From positions 1 through 64,000 of IMG/VR virus record IMGVR_UViG_3300048672_000512: a DNA stretch of 64,000 nucleotides; one strand, 5' to 3'. The notes beneath the pieces are model-generated. The model saw only the letters and a program-made list of their open reading frames with translations. It searched no databases and was not told where the DNA came from. Position 1 is the first letter of the stretch; each line of letters opens with the position of its first letter. This DNA comes from a virus. Shown piece by piece: positions 30,420 to 40,758 of the stretch. A program made the position numbers and the translations under genes.

Positions 30420-31445
30420 ATGTCACTCATAATTCAAAGCGCTTTGAAATTGAATGAAAGTCTGTCTGCAGCAGGCGTCAAGTTCAATCTTGAGGCCTCA
30501 GTTGTACAACCTGATTGTCAGCAGATCAGCTTGCATGCAGACAGGGAAACCATAAAGGCTGTTGCTGCAAGCCTTCGTGCTAAGGGCTTCAATACTGATG
30601 CAAGCTCTGATAGCAAGACTCTGGTTCTGAGCAAGACTGTTCGCAATAACACAGCCATAGTAGCCTTTAGTGCAGAAGGGCGCGGCTTCAGCATCACTGC
30701 TGCAGCGCCCGAAGCGCGTGTTGCTTTTGCTGTTAAGCAGTATGGTCCAAAGCTTGAACAGGCAATAAAGAAAGACCACTCTGCGGCAGAAGCAAAGCTA
30801 CGCGATGCTGACGCTACGGCGGTTGCAACCTATCTTGGTGAGAACTACGATCCAACACCCAAGGGTGTCTACATTGCTTGGCTGTGCAAGATGTATAGTA
30901 CAGGCAACGCTTTCAAGATCGCAGAAGACGCATTTGCTATCAAGAAAGCACTTGTAGCCTTTGAGAAGTTCAAGCCAAAGATGGAAAAGCGTGACATCAA
31001 TCAGTACACCAGCGTCGGTGAGCTGAAGGATGCAGCTTCTCCTTTCTACACAGAGAAAACAAAGGGTGACGAAGACCGAGAGGTCCGTGGTCAGGTTGAC
31101 ACTGTTATCAACAGCCAGAACTTCTCTGTTGTTATTCCAAAGACCGAAGCTGCATCCTGCGCTATTGGCAAAGGCACTGACGGGTGCACTGCAGCTACCT
31201 CTGGAGAAGGGCCGAACCAGTTCAGCAATTACAACTCAAAAGGTCCGCTCTACATCATTCGACTTAAAGACCACTCTGGTAAGGTTCGCAAGTTTCAGCT
31301 TCGTTACGAGACTGATAGCTTCATGGATGAAAAGGATCAACCAGTAAGTAAAAGCGATATTGCATTGCTAAGCTCCTTCAAAGAGTACGCAGACTTCTTG
31401 AACCTTCTCATAGAAAAACACTATGGCGAATACCTCAAGGATTAA
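30420..31445 (+). CDS. Hypothetical protein
   Basis: 341 aa; C-terminal GT.GCTA...Y...GPLYII segment recurs in large phages (from memory). Confidence 0.7.
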   Translation: MSLIIQSALKLNESLSAAGVKFNLEASVVQPDCQQISLHADRETIKAVAASLRAKGFNTDASSDSKTLVLSKTVRNNTAIVAFSAEGRGFSITAAAPEARVAFAVKQYGPKLEQAIKKDHSAAEAKLRDADATAVATYLGENYDPTPKGVYIAWLCKMYSTGNAFKIAEDAFAIKKALVAFEKFKPKMEKRDINQYTSVGELKDAASPFYTEKTKGDEDREVRGQVDTVINSQNFSVVIPKTEAASCAIGKGTDGCTAATSGEGPNQFSNYNSKGPLYIIRLKDHSGKVRKFQLRYETDSFMDEKDQPVSKSDIALLSSFKEYADFLNLLIEKHYGEYLKD

Positions 31446-31459
31446 CCAGAAAGGTTCGT

Positions 31460-32125
31460 ATGTCGATTTCAGTGCTACACAGTAAAATTCTGCTTAAAGC
31501 AGCAACACGCAACAAAGTTGTTGCTTCTCGAACAAGTAGCTTCTTTGCTTATCAGGACACGCAACGTCCGAAGTTCAATGATGCTGAAGAGATTGCAGAC
31601 GACGCCAGTGAGGAATCTGACGCTTACGCTGATACGTCTGCAGCTAGCAGTCACGGCTACGATCTACCCGCAAGTCTTAACGACATGATTGCTTCTGCTG
31701 ACGACGTTGACGAAACAGTTGACGAGTCTCTTTCGGAAGGAGCTGAAGAGGCTAACGACTTCTTTCTGCTTCTGCAGAGCTACCTGCGGTTAGTGCCAAG
31801 TCCTACAGACGAACAGGTTCACAAACTTGCAGAGTCTCTTGGAATGTCACCAGAAGAACTTGAACAGGGGATTTATCATACTCTTTCAATTCTTCTTGAA
31901 GACGAAGAGCTTTCAGAAGACGCTAGGGACTTGATACAACAGAACCTCGATAGGCAAGGTGCTGTAGCTCAAGAAACATTGGCAGATGAAAACAACTTCA
32001 TCGATACAGACGAAGTAGACGACAATCCAGTAGCCGTCTTTTCGGATGCAGAAGCTGAAGATGACGGTGTCGTTGACACCGGCGTGGACTCCATTGACAA
32101 CCTGTCCGAACGTGACGGGTATTGA
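31460..32125 (+). CDS. Highly acidic hypothetical protein
   Basis: Very D/E-rich after a basic N-terminal 40 aa. Confidence 0.75.
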   Translation: MSISVLHSKILLKAATRNKVVASRTSSFFAYQDTQRPKFNDAEEIADDASEESDAYADTSAASSHGYDLPASLNDMIASADDVDETVDESLSEGAEEANDFFLLLQSYLRLVPSPTDEQVHKLAESLGMSPEELEQGIYHTLSILLEDEELSEDARDLIQQNLDRQGAVAQETLADENNFIDTDEVDDNPVAVFSDAEAEDDGVVDTGVDSIDNLSERDGY

Positions 32126-32152
32126 AATCTCAATCAACCTTATAGGTGAAAC

Positions 32153-32977
32153 ATGAAACTTACCGCTTCCAGCATGCTGAATGGCTACACCCCTGTTACT
32201 ATCACGGAATACGAAGAGATCAACCCTCGCGTTGCTCGCGTCATTCTGACAACGTCTAGCACGGACAAGGCTGCAATTGCAGCTTCGCTGTCTAGCACGC
32301 TGAAGAACTCTGCTGCAGCTATTCCGGATTCTTTCCGCTGGCTTGAATACGGCAACAGCATGATCGGCTATGTTACTGCGTCGCAGGATGTTCGTGTCCT
32401 TGACAAAGAAGCAAGCCCGATTCAAGCCGGTTACAAGCTTGTTGCTGCAAACATCTTCATGGACAATGACGATTCCCAAGTGTGGGAACTGAAGTCCGGC
32501 GCAGCTGGCAAGTATCTTGTGCGTCAAGGTCACGACAACCTAGCGGAACTGATTGAAGCGAATCGTCGCTCGCCTCGTGGCTCCACTCCTCGTATGCACA
32601 GCGTGAAGAGCGCAAAGGCTGAAACAAACGAAGTCATCGCCTTTGTTAACAGTCACGGTAGCATGACGCCAGAAGTTGACTACGGCATGTGCGTTCGCAC
32701 TACAGCTCGCGGTTACGAAGTTATCGTTGCTGGTGTTCAAGAGCCGATTGAAGTTCTGCAATCTGAAGTCGTATCTTCGCATGTTCTTGATACTGATGAA
32801 CTCAAGCAAGCTATTGCTGCTGCGTATCAGACTGCAGGTGAACGCCCTCAGAAGGTTCGTGCTGCTACCGATGATGGCAAGATGTCGCTTGAAGAATACT
32901 ATCGCAAGCTGTTCAGCTACAATCCTGCCTACGTCAAGCTGATGATGAAGGTTATCAAAGAACAAGCATCAATGTAA
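32153..32977 (+). CDS. Hypothetical protein (possible head protein)
   Basis: 274-aa ORF; SD AGGTG. Confidence 0.8.
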   Translation: MKLTASSMLNGYTPVTITEYEEINPRVARVILTTSSTDKAAIAASLSSTLKNSAAAIPDSFRWLEYGNSMIGYVTASQDVRVLDKEASPIQAGYKLVAANIFMDNDDSQVWELKSGAAGKYLVRQGHDNLAELIEANRRSPRGSTPRMHSVKSAKAETNEVIAFVNSHGSMTPEVDYGMCVRTTARGYEVIVAGVQEPIEVLQSEVVSSHVLDTDELKQAIAAAYQTAGERPQKVRAATDDGKMSLEEYYRKLFSYNPAYVKLMMKVIKEQASM

Positions 32978-32991
32978 GTTCAAATCATACG

Positions 32992-33022
32992 TACCCCGTA
33001 CTCCGTAAAAGGATACGGGGTA
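32992..33022. terminator. Stem-loop
   Basis: TACCCCGTA / TACGGGGTA with inner TCC/GGA; U-tract poor. Confidence 0.45.
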
Positions 33023-33055
33023 TAGTTGCTTGCGGACACAAAACAGGAATACAAA

Positions 33056-33745
33056 ATGGCACTGAAAGCGACCAAGACTTCCATGCGAACTGCAGCGGTA
33101 AGTACCAAAAAAGTAGTAGAGAAACAGAGTCAGAAAAAAGAATCTGTGAAGGAGACAAAGAGCATTACATTTGACGTTTCTCCTGAACGAAACCCGGCAC
33201 AAAAACGGCTTTCTAGCGTAGCTGCCGAAGGCGAATCTCTGCCTGCCGTTATTGCACCAGATGTAGAGAAGAAGTTGCAATCCATGTTCGGTAAGAAAGC
33301 CGGTGTGATTGTAGACATGCTGGAAATGGATGACAGCGATGGCGCGCTTACCCTTGTCAGCAGATCCTTGCTGCAGACACTGGTTGACATTCTTCCAATA
33401 GCAGAGAACAACGTTAGAAAGACCGATGGTGCAAAGGGCGTGTACGGATTCAATCAGCTTGTATCTCAGGTGCGAGAAATGTGCAATGACATACGCGCCC
33501 ATCAGGATCGCGGCCATATAGGGCAGCGAATAGTTGAACAGAGCGTACGTCCAGTTTTTGTAAGTATCAGCATGCAGATAGTTCAAGCCTTCATTGAGCT
33601 TGACTCGATAGCTAGAGTTAGTATGAAAGAAACTGACTACGCGCGCTTTGTAAAAGCGCTTGATAGTATGAAAACAAATCTGGCTCAATATATGATGTCT
33701 CAGTACACAGAAGTTGAACAGCAAGTTACCAGATCTTTAAGCTGA
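33056..33745 (+). CDS. Hypothetical protein
   Basis: ATG 33056 with AGGA SD; basic N-terminus, helical C-terminus. Confidence 0.75.
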   Translation: MALKATKTSMRTAAVSTKKVVEKQSQKKESVKETKSITFDVSPERNPAQKRLSSVAAEGESLPAVIAPDVEKKLQSMFGKKAGVIVDMLEMDDSDGALTLVSRSLLQTLVDILPIAENNVRKTDGAKGVYGFNQLVSQVREMCNDIRAHQDRGHIGQRIVEQSVRPVFVSISMQIVQAFIELDSIARVSMKETDYARFVKALDSMKTNLAQYMMSQYTEVEQQVTRSLS

Positions 33746-33791
33746 AACACTCACTCATTTTTGAAGCATTGCAACACAGATAAGGGCAATC

Positions 33792-36700
33792 ATGATTTCT
33801 AACTTTGTAACCGAAAACAGAACTATCACTGTTCCGTTGTTTCGGCAAAAGCCTCAATTCACGCCAGTTGCTGTTGCCGCTCGTAATGTGTCGCAACCAG
33901 CACGCGCTATTACTGCAGCTCCGGTGATCCGTCAGGTTTCCACTCTGTACCCTGACGCTAGGTTTGAGCTGGTTGAAAAGGACCGCAATAACGGTTTTCT
34001 ATACCTTTTCAACGGCAGGTACGAAGCGCAGAAAGCTATGTACCTTTTCCTTTCCATGGTTACGGCTGCTGCATATCCTACGCTAGAGCAGATTCCTATT
34101 GGCAAGAAGGTTCGTGGAAATAGCGCGCCTGTTAAGGAAATGACAAAGGGCGATCGTGAAACCATAAACAAGGTTCTGATCGAATCCTTCAAGCGTCGTG
34201 GTGCCGTGTCGTTGACCACGGTTAAAAAGCAGGCTTCCGAGTTTCGCGTTACGCTGCCGCTGTTTGCTTCAACTGGACTTAATCTTCCTGGTATTACAGC
34301 TCGGCTGTCCTCGCGCGCCGGCGTTACTAATGAAGAACTTGAGCAGTTCGGTACAGGCCGGGAATGGCCGCTAGCATCGCTTCCGGCTACGGGTGGTAAC
34401 TACAATGACAAGTTCAAAGCAGGTATCGCTTCAGCGAGTCCAGTTCTGAAGTTTGTAAAGCTCGGGGAACTCGATGCTTGGGTTTTGGAATTGACTATCA
34501 CAAAGGGTCAAGCTGAATTCCTGACCAATTCTTCTTGGGTTGAAATCCGCCCGATGGACTTGCATGGTCTGCTATACGAGTGGGGGTTGACATACTATGG
34601 CGATCTTATCAAGGCAACTCCTGACTACGCAATTCCGCTTCGTCAAATTGCAAAGTCGCTTGATGCTTCTCGTACAACGCCGCGCCTTAGTGAAGACGGG
34701 CTTCTTGTCACTGAGCGTGCTGAAATCCTTGCACTGCCACGCGAGCTTGACGCTGTTCGTACTTTTGAAGACCGCTATGCGTCTGCGTACACGCAGCCGA
34801 ATGGTGCCTTCGGTGCCTTGGATCTTGAAAATCCTACGGCTGCACCGCGTCGTCCGCCTAAGGCGATGCCGGTTCTTATCGACTGGGCCAACCTAAAATT
34901 TGCGTACACCACGCAAGATGGGCGTTTGCAGACGCGTTCTCTGGATCGTTCGCGCCCGGTTACCGTAACTCACATTGTTCGTTTTCTGGAACGCAGGGTA
35001 GGTAACGATTCTGTTCGCCATGTACTAGCTCAAACGGTGTCTGTAGGTTCCAAGTGGGGTTTTGAATACCTTGGTGAGATTCGCAGCATCACTGAACTTG
35101 AACGCGCAATTGAAATTGTCGGCAAGGCCGTTGATGAATATAAGGGCATTACTGAAATCCCTCTGTATGAAGTTGCGCGCTACGCGCTGACTCCGATGGC
35201 AGAGCTGCCGGAAAACCTGCATCAGTCTTTTGCCGGTACGCTTACATCTTTCTACGCTCTGTGCAAGGCTGTGCTTGAACGCATTGACGCAGAACCCGAA
35301 ACGGCCTATGCAGAGTACTCGGTTCCTACCATAATCGAACTGCGTGCTTTCCTTGTGATCTTTACGAAGTATGCAAAGGACATTCGCAAGCTTCGCACTC
35401 AGGACGAAGAGCTTCGTAAGCCATATCTGGAGCAGCCGCCTGAAACCATTCGCCCGGAGGATCTTGCAAAATACACAGATCCGAACATGCCGCTGGAAGC
35501 TGTTCCGTTCGCTAATGACTCTGGCAAGCAGCCTTGGGGTGCTTTGCCTCACCAAGCAAAGATTGCACATCTTACAGCATCAGCACCGCCTAACGTCATT
35601 CTTCCAGTCGCTACTGGTGGTGGCAAATCTTCGATCATCATCTACGATATCCTTCGTGAAATGGGTCGCGGTAGTAAAGGCCCGTTCCTGATTCTTTGCC
35701 CGTCGCATCTTGTTTCCAACTACGTGCGAGAGTTTGTCTACTTCACGAACTCTGAAGTGAACGTGATTCCGATCACCAACTACACAATCAACCGTCATGG
35801 CTATGAACGCCTGCAGACGATGATTGAAAAGGCTCCGGTTAACACGGTTCTGATTGCAGACTTCAACTCGATTCGCAACAAGGCTTCATCTATTGCGTAT
35901 GGTGTTGCGCCTACCAAGGTGTTTCCTGCTATCGAGTTTCTGCGTCAGTTCGCTCCGCAGTATGTAGCTATTGACGAGAGTCACTACCTGCGTAATCGGA
36001 ATGCGCGTCAAGATGCCGTTGCTCGCTTGGTGTCTGACATTCCTAAGATCCGCCTAGCTTCGGGTACGCTGGTTGCTAACGTGCTTCTTGATCTGGTTTC
36101 TCAGTTTGCTCTGATGGACCCGACACTGTTTGGCACGGAAGAGGATTTCATCAAGACCTATGCTGCTGGTTCTACCGGTAACAAGGTTATCTATCGAGAC
36201 GGTGCAGAGCAGGAAGTGAATTCGGCACTGCGCTCTTCGTGTCTGTTTGCAAAGGCGCAGAAGAAGGAATGGGCTGCTATCCTGCCATTCCCGTTGGAAC
36301 AGATTCACGGTGTTGAGCTTAGCAAGGCTCAGAAAGAGGTTTACCAGAAGATCTTTGAACAGTCGTTTATCGAAGCAATCAAGCAAGATTCTGCGCGTTT
36401 CGGTCTTCTTCTCAAGCGAGACGAAGATCTGACAGATCGTGAACGTGAAGAGCGTAACTCTCTGAACCTTGACGGTCTGATGTCGCAGTGTCTGCAGCGC
36501 ATTGAGTCGTTCCTGACTGCACCTGGCGAAGATGAAGGTGGCGCTCTTGAACTAAAGGGTGACGATCTTATTTCACCAAAGGTGCGCAAGATTGTTGACC
36601 TGTGCAAGACGCATCTGGAAAAGGAGATTCCGGGCAAGATTCTTATCTTCACCAACTACAACAAGTCAGCAGACGCAATTGACAAGGCTCTGAAGGCAGC

Positions 36701-39700
36701 TGGCCTTGGTGATATGTCCATCTACTACACGGCTACCGAAAAGGAGAAGTGTGGTGCGGACTTTGAGAACAACCCCAAGAAGAAGATCATGTTCGGGATT
36801 GAAAATTCCATGAACACTGGTTTGAATCTTCAGTACTGCTTCCCAGGTCACACTCAGATCATGACAAGTAAGAACACTGTCATGTCGCTGAAAGACGTGT
36901 TTGAGAATCCAAACGTCACAGAAGTTCTGTCCTATGACCTGAAGAATCGCAAGATTGAAATCAAGCCAATTCTTCGCAAGATTCGTACGCGTGTCAAGGA
37001 AGTAGACAAGTACGTCAAGATAGGCGTCGTTGACAACAAGACGGGTGAGCAGCGGTCTATGGTGGTAACTGCAAACCATAAGATTTTCATGAAGGGCGGT
37101 GGCAAGCTGCGTGCAGATGAACTTACAGAAGGTGATCAGCTTATAACCTTTGGTGGTAATTTTGAACGCATGCGTTCAAATCCAGACACTGATGAAATCC
37201 TTTCGTCTGCTGACTGGTTAGAAGTGCGCAATCGTGCAATTGCGTGCCCTGAGTGTGGAGAGTTCATCACACCTCAGAGCAAGATGAAACACCTAGCAGT
37301 TGAGCACGGTATTGGCGTTGCTGAGTATCAAGCACTGCTTGCAACAAAGAGCAAAAACAGCAAGCACAACTGGAGTAGCGATCGAGAGAAGATGCTCAGT
37401 GCCGTTCTGAAAGGTCATGCAGCGCAAACACACGAGCAGCGTTCAGAATACACGTCCAAGGCATGGGCTAATGACGACGGTACGCGACGTCAGCGCATGT
37501 CAGAGCTTGCTACTGCACGTTGGCAAGATGAGGATTACAAGGAAGCTACTGGCAACGCAATATCTGAAGCGCTGTTGAAGATACCTGAAGTTCTTTCTGA
37601 AAACTCAAAGCGTAATTGGGCACGTCCTGAGTACCGTGAGCGGCTGCTGGAAGTATTCTCTTCGGAGGAACACAAGCAGAAGTTGCGAAACTCTACTACT
37701 GAGCGTCATGAGAACGATGCCAGTTTCACGTTGAAGTGCTTGGTTGGAATGGCTGAAGGCCGCATGTCGGAACCGTCAAGCTATGAACAGAGGGTTATTG
37801 ACCTGCAGATTGACAACTTGAAGTTTGTTGGAACCTCGCATGCTCACTGCACTATCACTTTGGAGATTGACGGAAAGCGTGTTCTGAAGAACCCAGATTT
37901 CATATCTGAAAACCACCTGGATGAAGACGGTCAACCTTTGCGCGTTGTTGAAGTAGTTGGTGGTCGCAAGTGGACAAATCGCTTTGCAGAGCACGACAAG
38001 AAACTGATTGCAGCATACAAGAATGCTGGCATCAAGTGCTTGGTAATTGGAGAAGAGGACTTTGCAGACCTGGAAACAGTAGAGGCAAAGTTGCAGTCCT
38101 TTGTAAACAATCACTATCTAACGGTTCGTTGGGTTCGCAACTACACGAACACGAATGTGATTGGTGACTTCAAGTACGACATTGAAGTTGAAGGTAACCA
38201 CAATTACTTTGCTCTTGCTGGAAACGAGGATCTAGCACGTCAGAGTCGAAAGGGCATTCCTGTTCTGGTAAGCAACTGCAGTAGGCTGATTAGGTGTGAG
38301 ACAGTGTGGACCCCAGGTGTTCTTGAACAGGGTAACGCACGTATCGGACGCCCAAATCTGAAAGTTGAGGAATCACGTCCTTACGTCTACTACGACTGGG
38401 TTGTGGCTCTGGATACGCTTGACGTCACGAAGATCAGCTACCTGATTTCAAAGACTATCTCTGCAGCAAAGTTCTCTGAAGCCGGAAACGAACGCTTTGA
38501 TGACATTGAAGTTCCGCCGCTGTTTCCCATGACTCTGGAAAACATCCAGAACATGAATTCGTGGCAGGAGACTCTTCCTGAGTACATCAGTGCCTATCAA
38601 GCATATCAGAAAGCGACAGAAGCCGAGTACGCGGACTATCGTGAACGTGCAAAGGACTACCTGTTTGACGCTGACGGAAAGCGCCGAATGGCTAAGGTGT
38701 CGCGCGCTGCTAACCCTCCTGGTTCTGCTCTTATTCGTCGAGTTCCTTACCACCCGGGTACGGAGCTTTATGGTCAGGATCAACTTGGACTTGTTCGCTA
38801 CGACCAATTCCTGCGTCAGCAGGGCTTCAACGTAGCAGCTGAAGACGATGAATTTGCAGAGGATAGTGGAGCGGAAACTCCAAGTGCAGATGGTGGTTCT
38901 AAGGGGCGCCTGTCTCCTGAAAAGCGCGAACAGCTTCTCAGGGAGAACGCACTCGTAGGTGGCATGTGGGCGCATACGGAATTTGGTGATGGTCAGATTG
39001 AAAACCTTTCAGTGTCTACGATCAAGGTTCGCCTTGATAGCAGCGGTGAGCTGGTTTCGGTTGATCGCTTGAACTGCTTCCTGATCACTCGTGCTGAGAC
39101 GTCGTCAAAGGACATTCGTACTCAGGTTCTGAAGTTGCGTGGTCAAGTTCCGCTTGATGCACCAATTGAGGTTCTTGAGTCTCAGTTGACACCTGCAAAG
39201 ATGAAGATGCTTGAACGTGAGCGTCGCCAAGCAGACCAGGATGCGTATCAGCAACAGGAAGAGGAACAGGCAAGCACGGAATTTGAATTCCGCTTCAGCA
39301 TTGTCAACGACTGGCTATCGATCATCCTTGTCAACTCTGACAATGACACTGCAGTATCCGTTGTTCAGCAGAGCGGCTTCAAGTATTCACCCGAGTACTT
39401 CTATGCTGAAATGCGAACACCTAAGATGCTGTTTGATCAGTTCCAAGCGTGGTTTGATGCAGGCCTTGAAATTCCCGCAGACTACACTGACCACCTTACT
39501 GAAGTCTACAAGCGCTTCAAGTCGAATGGCAAGAAGGGCGTTACTTCGTTCATGGGCATTGCTAAGGAGCTGGAGATTCGCAACTTCTACAAGGTTGAAT
39601 TCAAGCCTGATGCTGATGCAAATACGATTCGACCCTTCCCGCTTATTCAGGACGATATCCTGTACATAGCTCTTCCTTCAAAGGGCCATCCCGGTTCCAA

Positions 39701-39905
39701 GAACGCTATGCGTCACAAGGTTCCTGGCGTGACGTGGTACAAGGAAGAAGAAGGAGCCGCGCTAGCTGCGTACACCAAGACGCGTAACAACGCAGTTACT
39801 TTCTTTGAACACATCGAAAGTCTTGGTTACACAATCTCTAACAAGGCGGATCTTATTGCAGAGCTTCGTACGCTGAAAACCATCCCTGCCAAGCCGTCCA
39901 AGTAA
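33792..39905 (+). CDS. Giant SNF2/SF2-family helicase with one intein
   Basis: Walker A ATGGGKS, Walker B IDESH, motif III ASGT, motif V NTGLNLQ, motif VI EQGNARIGRP. Confidence 0.9.
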   Translation: MISNFVTENRTITVPLFRQKPQFTPVAVAARNVSQPARAITAAPVIRQVSTLYPDARFELVEKDRNNGFLYLFNGRYEAQKAMYLFLSMVTAAAYPTLEQIPIGKKVRGNSAPVKEMTKGDRETINKVLIESFKRRGAVSLTTVKKQASEFRVTLPLFASTGLNLPGITARLSSRAGVTNEELEQFGTGREWPLASLPATGGNYNDKFKAGIASASPVLKFVKLGELDAWVLELTITKGQAEFLTNSSWVEIRPMDLHGLLYEWGLTYYGDLIKATPDYAIPLRQIAKSLDASRTTPRLSEDGLLVTERAEILALPRELDAVRTFEDRYASAYTQPNGAFGALDLENPTAAPRRPPKAMPVLIDWANLKFAYTTQDGRLQTRSLDRSRPVTVTHIVRFLERRVGNDSVRHVLAQTVSVGSKWGFEYLGEIRSITELERAIEIVGKAVDEYKGITEIPLYEVARYALTPMAELPENLHQSFAGTLTSFYALCKAVLERIDAEPETAYAEYSVPTIIELRAFLVIFTKYAKDIRKLRTQDEELRKPYLEQPPETIRPEDLAKYTDPNMPLEAVPFANDSGKQPWGALPHQAKIAHLTASAPPNVILPVATGGGKSSIIIYDILREMGRGSKGPFLILCPSHLVSNYVREFVYFTNSEVNVIPITNYTINRHGYERLQTMIEKAPVNTVLIADFNSIRNKASSIAYGVAPTKVFPAIEFLRQFAPQYVAIDESHYLRNRNARQDAVARLVSDIPKIRLASGTLVANVLLDLVSQFALMDPTLFGTEEDFIKTYAAGSTGNKVIYRDGAEQEVNSALRSSCLFAKAQKKEWAAILPFPLEQIHGVELSKAQKEVYQKIFEQSFIEAIKQDSARFGLLLKRDEDLTDREREERNSLNLDGLMSQCLQRIESFLTAPGEDEGGALELKGDDLISPKVRKIVDLCKTHLEKEIPGKILIFTNYNKSADAIDKALKAAGLGDMSIYYTATEKEKCGADFENNPKKKIMFGIENSMNTGLNLQYCFPGHTQIMTSKNTVMSLKDVFENPNVTEVLSYDLKNRKIEIKPILRKIRTRVKEVDKYVKIGVVDNKTGEQRSMVVTANHKIFMKGGGKLRADELTEGDQLITFGGNFERMRSNPDTDEILSSADWLEVRNRAIACPECGEFITPQSKMKHLAVEHGIGVAEYQALLATKSKNSKHNWSSDREKMLSAVLKGHAAQTHEQRSEYTSKAWANDDGTRRQRMSELATARWQDEDYKEATGNAISEALLKIPEVLSENSKRNWARPEYRERLLEVFSSEEHKQKLRNSTTERHENDASFTLKCLVGMAEGRMSEPSSYEQRVIDLQIDNLKFVGTSHAHCTITLEIDGKRVLKNPDFISENHLDEDGQPLRVVEVVGGRKWTNRFAEHDKKLIAAYKNAGIKCLVIGEEDFADLETVEAKLQSFVNNHYLTVRWVRNYTNTNVIGDFKYDIEVEGNHNYFALAGNEDLARQSRKGIPVLVSNCSRLIRCETVWTPGVLEQGNARIGRPNLKVEESRPYVYYDWVVALDTLDVTKISYLISKTISAAKFSEAGNERFDDIEVPPLFPMTLENIQNMNSWQETLPEYISAYQAYQKATEAEYADYRERAKDYLFDADGKRRMAKVSRAANPPGSALIRRVPYHPGTELYGQDQLGLVRYDQFLRQQGFNVAAEDDEFAEDSGAETPSADGGSKGRLSPEKREQLLRENALVGGMWAHTEFGDGQIENLSVSTIKVRLDSSGELVSVDRLNCFLITRAETSSKDIRTQVLKLRGQVPLDAPIEVLESQLTPAKMKMLERERRQADQDAYQQQEEEQASTEFEFRFSIVNDWLSIILVNSDNDTAVSVVQQSGFKYSPEYFYAEMRTPKMLFDQFQAWFDAGLEIPADYTDHLTEVYKRFKSNGKKGVTSFMGIAKELEIRNFYKVEFKPDADANTIRPFPLIQDDILYIALPSKGHPGSKNAMRHKVPGVTWYKEEEGAALAAYTKTRNNAVTFFEHIESLGYTISNKADLIAELRTLKTIPAKPSK
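36837..38276 (+). mobile_element. Intein in the SNF2 helicase carrying a Zn-finger plus Vsr/DUF559-like endonuclease (480 aa)
   Basis: LQY|CFPGHT...VTANHKIF...YDIEVEGNHNYF...LVSN|CSR; CPEC..H...H finger; SYEQ...NPDF...VVEV core. Confidence 0.88.
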
Positions 39906-39916
39906 TCAACCAACTT

Positions 39917-39946
39917 AGGGGGTCGGAGCTAATAACTTCGACCCCT
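39917..39946 (+). terminator. Stem-loop immediately upstream of the ATG at 39954
   Basis: GGGGTCGGAG pairs with CTTCGACCCC; no U-tract. Confidence 0.45.
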
Positions 39947-39953
39947 GTTCAAA

Positions 39954-40352
39954 ATGCAACTGAACGCTTCCAACATCCATGCCGCTATCCTGCAATACTT
40001 GAAGGATCAGAAGGTAGCTCTTGAACACGAGATTGAACTTACCGAGAATCATATCAATCACTTTGTTGGTCAGATAGCGTACACCTACAACTTGATGGGT
40101 GAGCACGTTCGCGCTGCTATTGGCACTGTGGGCCTCTTCCCATCCGAGCTTGTCAATCACCTTGAGTCTGTTCTTGAAAGGGCAGAAAACAAGGTTGAAG
40201 AGGCTCTTGGTATCGCGGACACCTCAGACGAACCGGAGGTTGCCGCTGAGGATGACTCGGAGGCAATTCCTGATGCGGTAGACGCTGATGCGGAAAACGC
40301 TGCACCTGTTGTCAAGACCACTTCTTCCAAGAAGAAAAAGGCTGCTGAATAA
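39954..40352 (+). CDS. Hypothetical protein
   Basis: 132 aa; acidic then basic tail. Confidence 0.75.
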   Translation: MQLNASNIHAAILQYLKDQKVALEHEIELTENHINHFVGQIAYTYNLMGEHVRAAIGTVGLFPSELVNHLESVLERAENKVEEALGIADTSDEPEVAAEDDSEAIPDAVDADAENAAPVVKTTSSKKKKAAE

Positions 40353-40714
40353 TGGCTGCTAACATCTTTTCAAACCACGTACCTCGCCTTACGGCAAGAG
40401 GTCCGGTGCAGTACTTCGCTGTTTCAAGCACAGCAGCAGGAACCTACTATTTCAATCTGTCAGGCCTTCTGCGCCCTGGTATCACAAACATCGGTTTGGC
40501 TGTGCAGGCTATTGGTTCTCAGGTCACGGCTTCGCTTTCTCTTCAGGAACCGTCGCAACCTACTGAACCGACAGATGCAGACCTTGCATCGCTTGCGTGG
40601 TTTGCAACTACCCCGGTTGCAGCTGGTGGATATCAAGTGCTGAATCCGCCTTTTGCTAACTGGATCAAGCTTGTATTTGCAGGTGCGGGAACGGCTTACG
40701 TCGGTTCCATGTAA
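40352..40714 (+). CDS. Hypothetical beta-rich protein
   Basis: TAATG coupling to the upstream gene. Confidence 0.75.
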   Translation: MAANIFSNHVPRLTARGPVQYFAVSSTAAGTYYFNLSGLLRPGITNIGLAVQAIGSQVTASLSLQEPSQPTEPTDADLASLAWFATTPVAAGGYQVLNPPFANWIKLVFAGAGTAYVGSM

Positions 40715-40719
40715 CAATC

Positions 40720-40758
40720 AAAAGCCCCTTGGTTTGTTTAGCTAAGGGGCTTTTATTT
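40720..40758 (+). terminator. Intrinsic terminator
   Basis: AAAAGCCCCTT / AAGGGGCTTTT followed by ATTTT. Confidence 0.85.
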
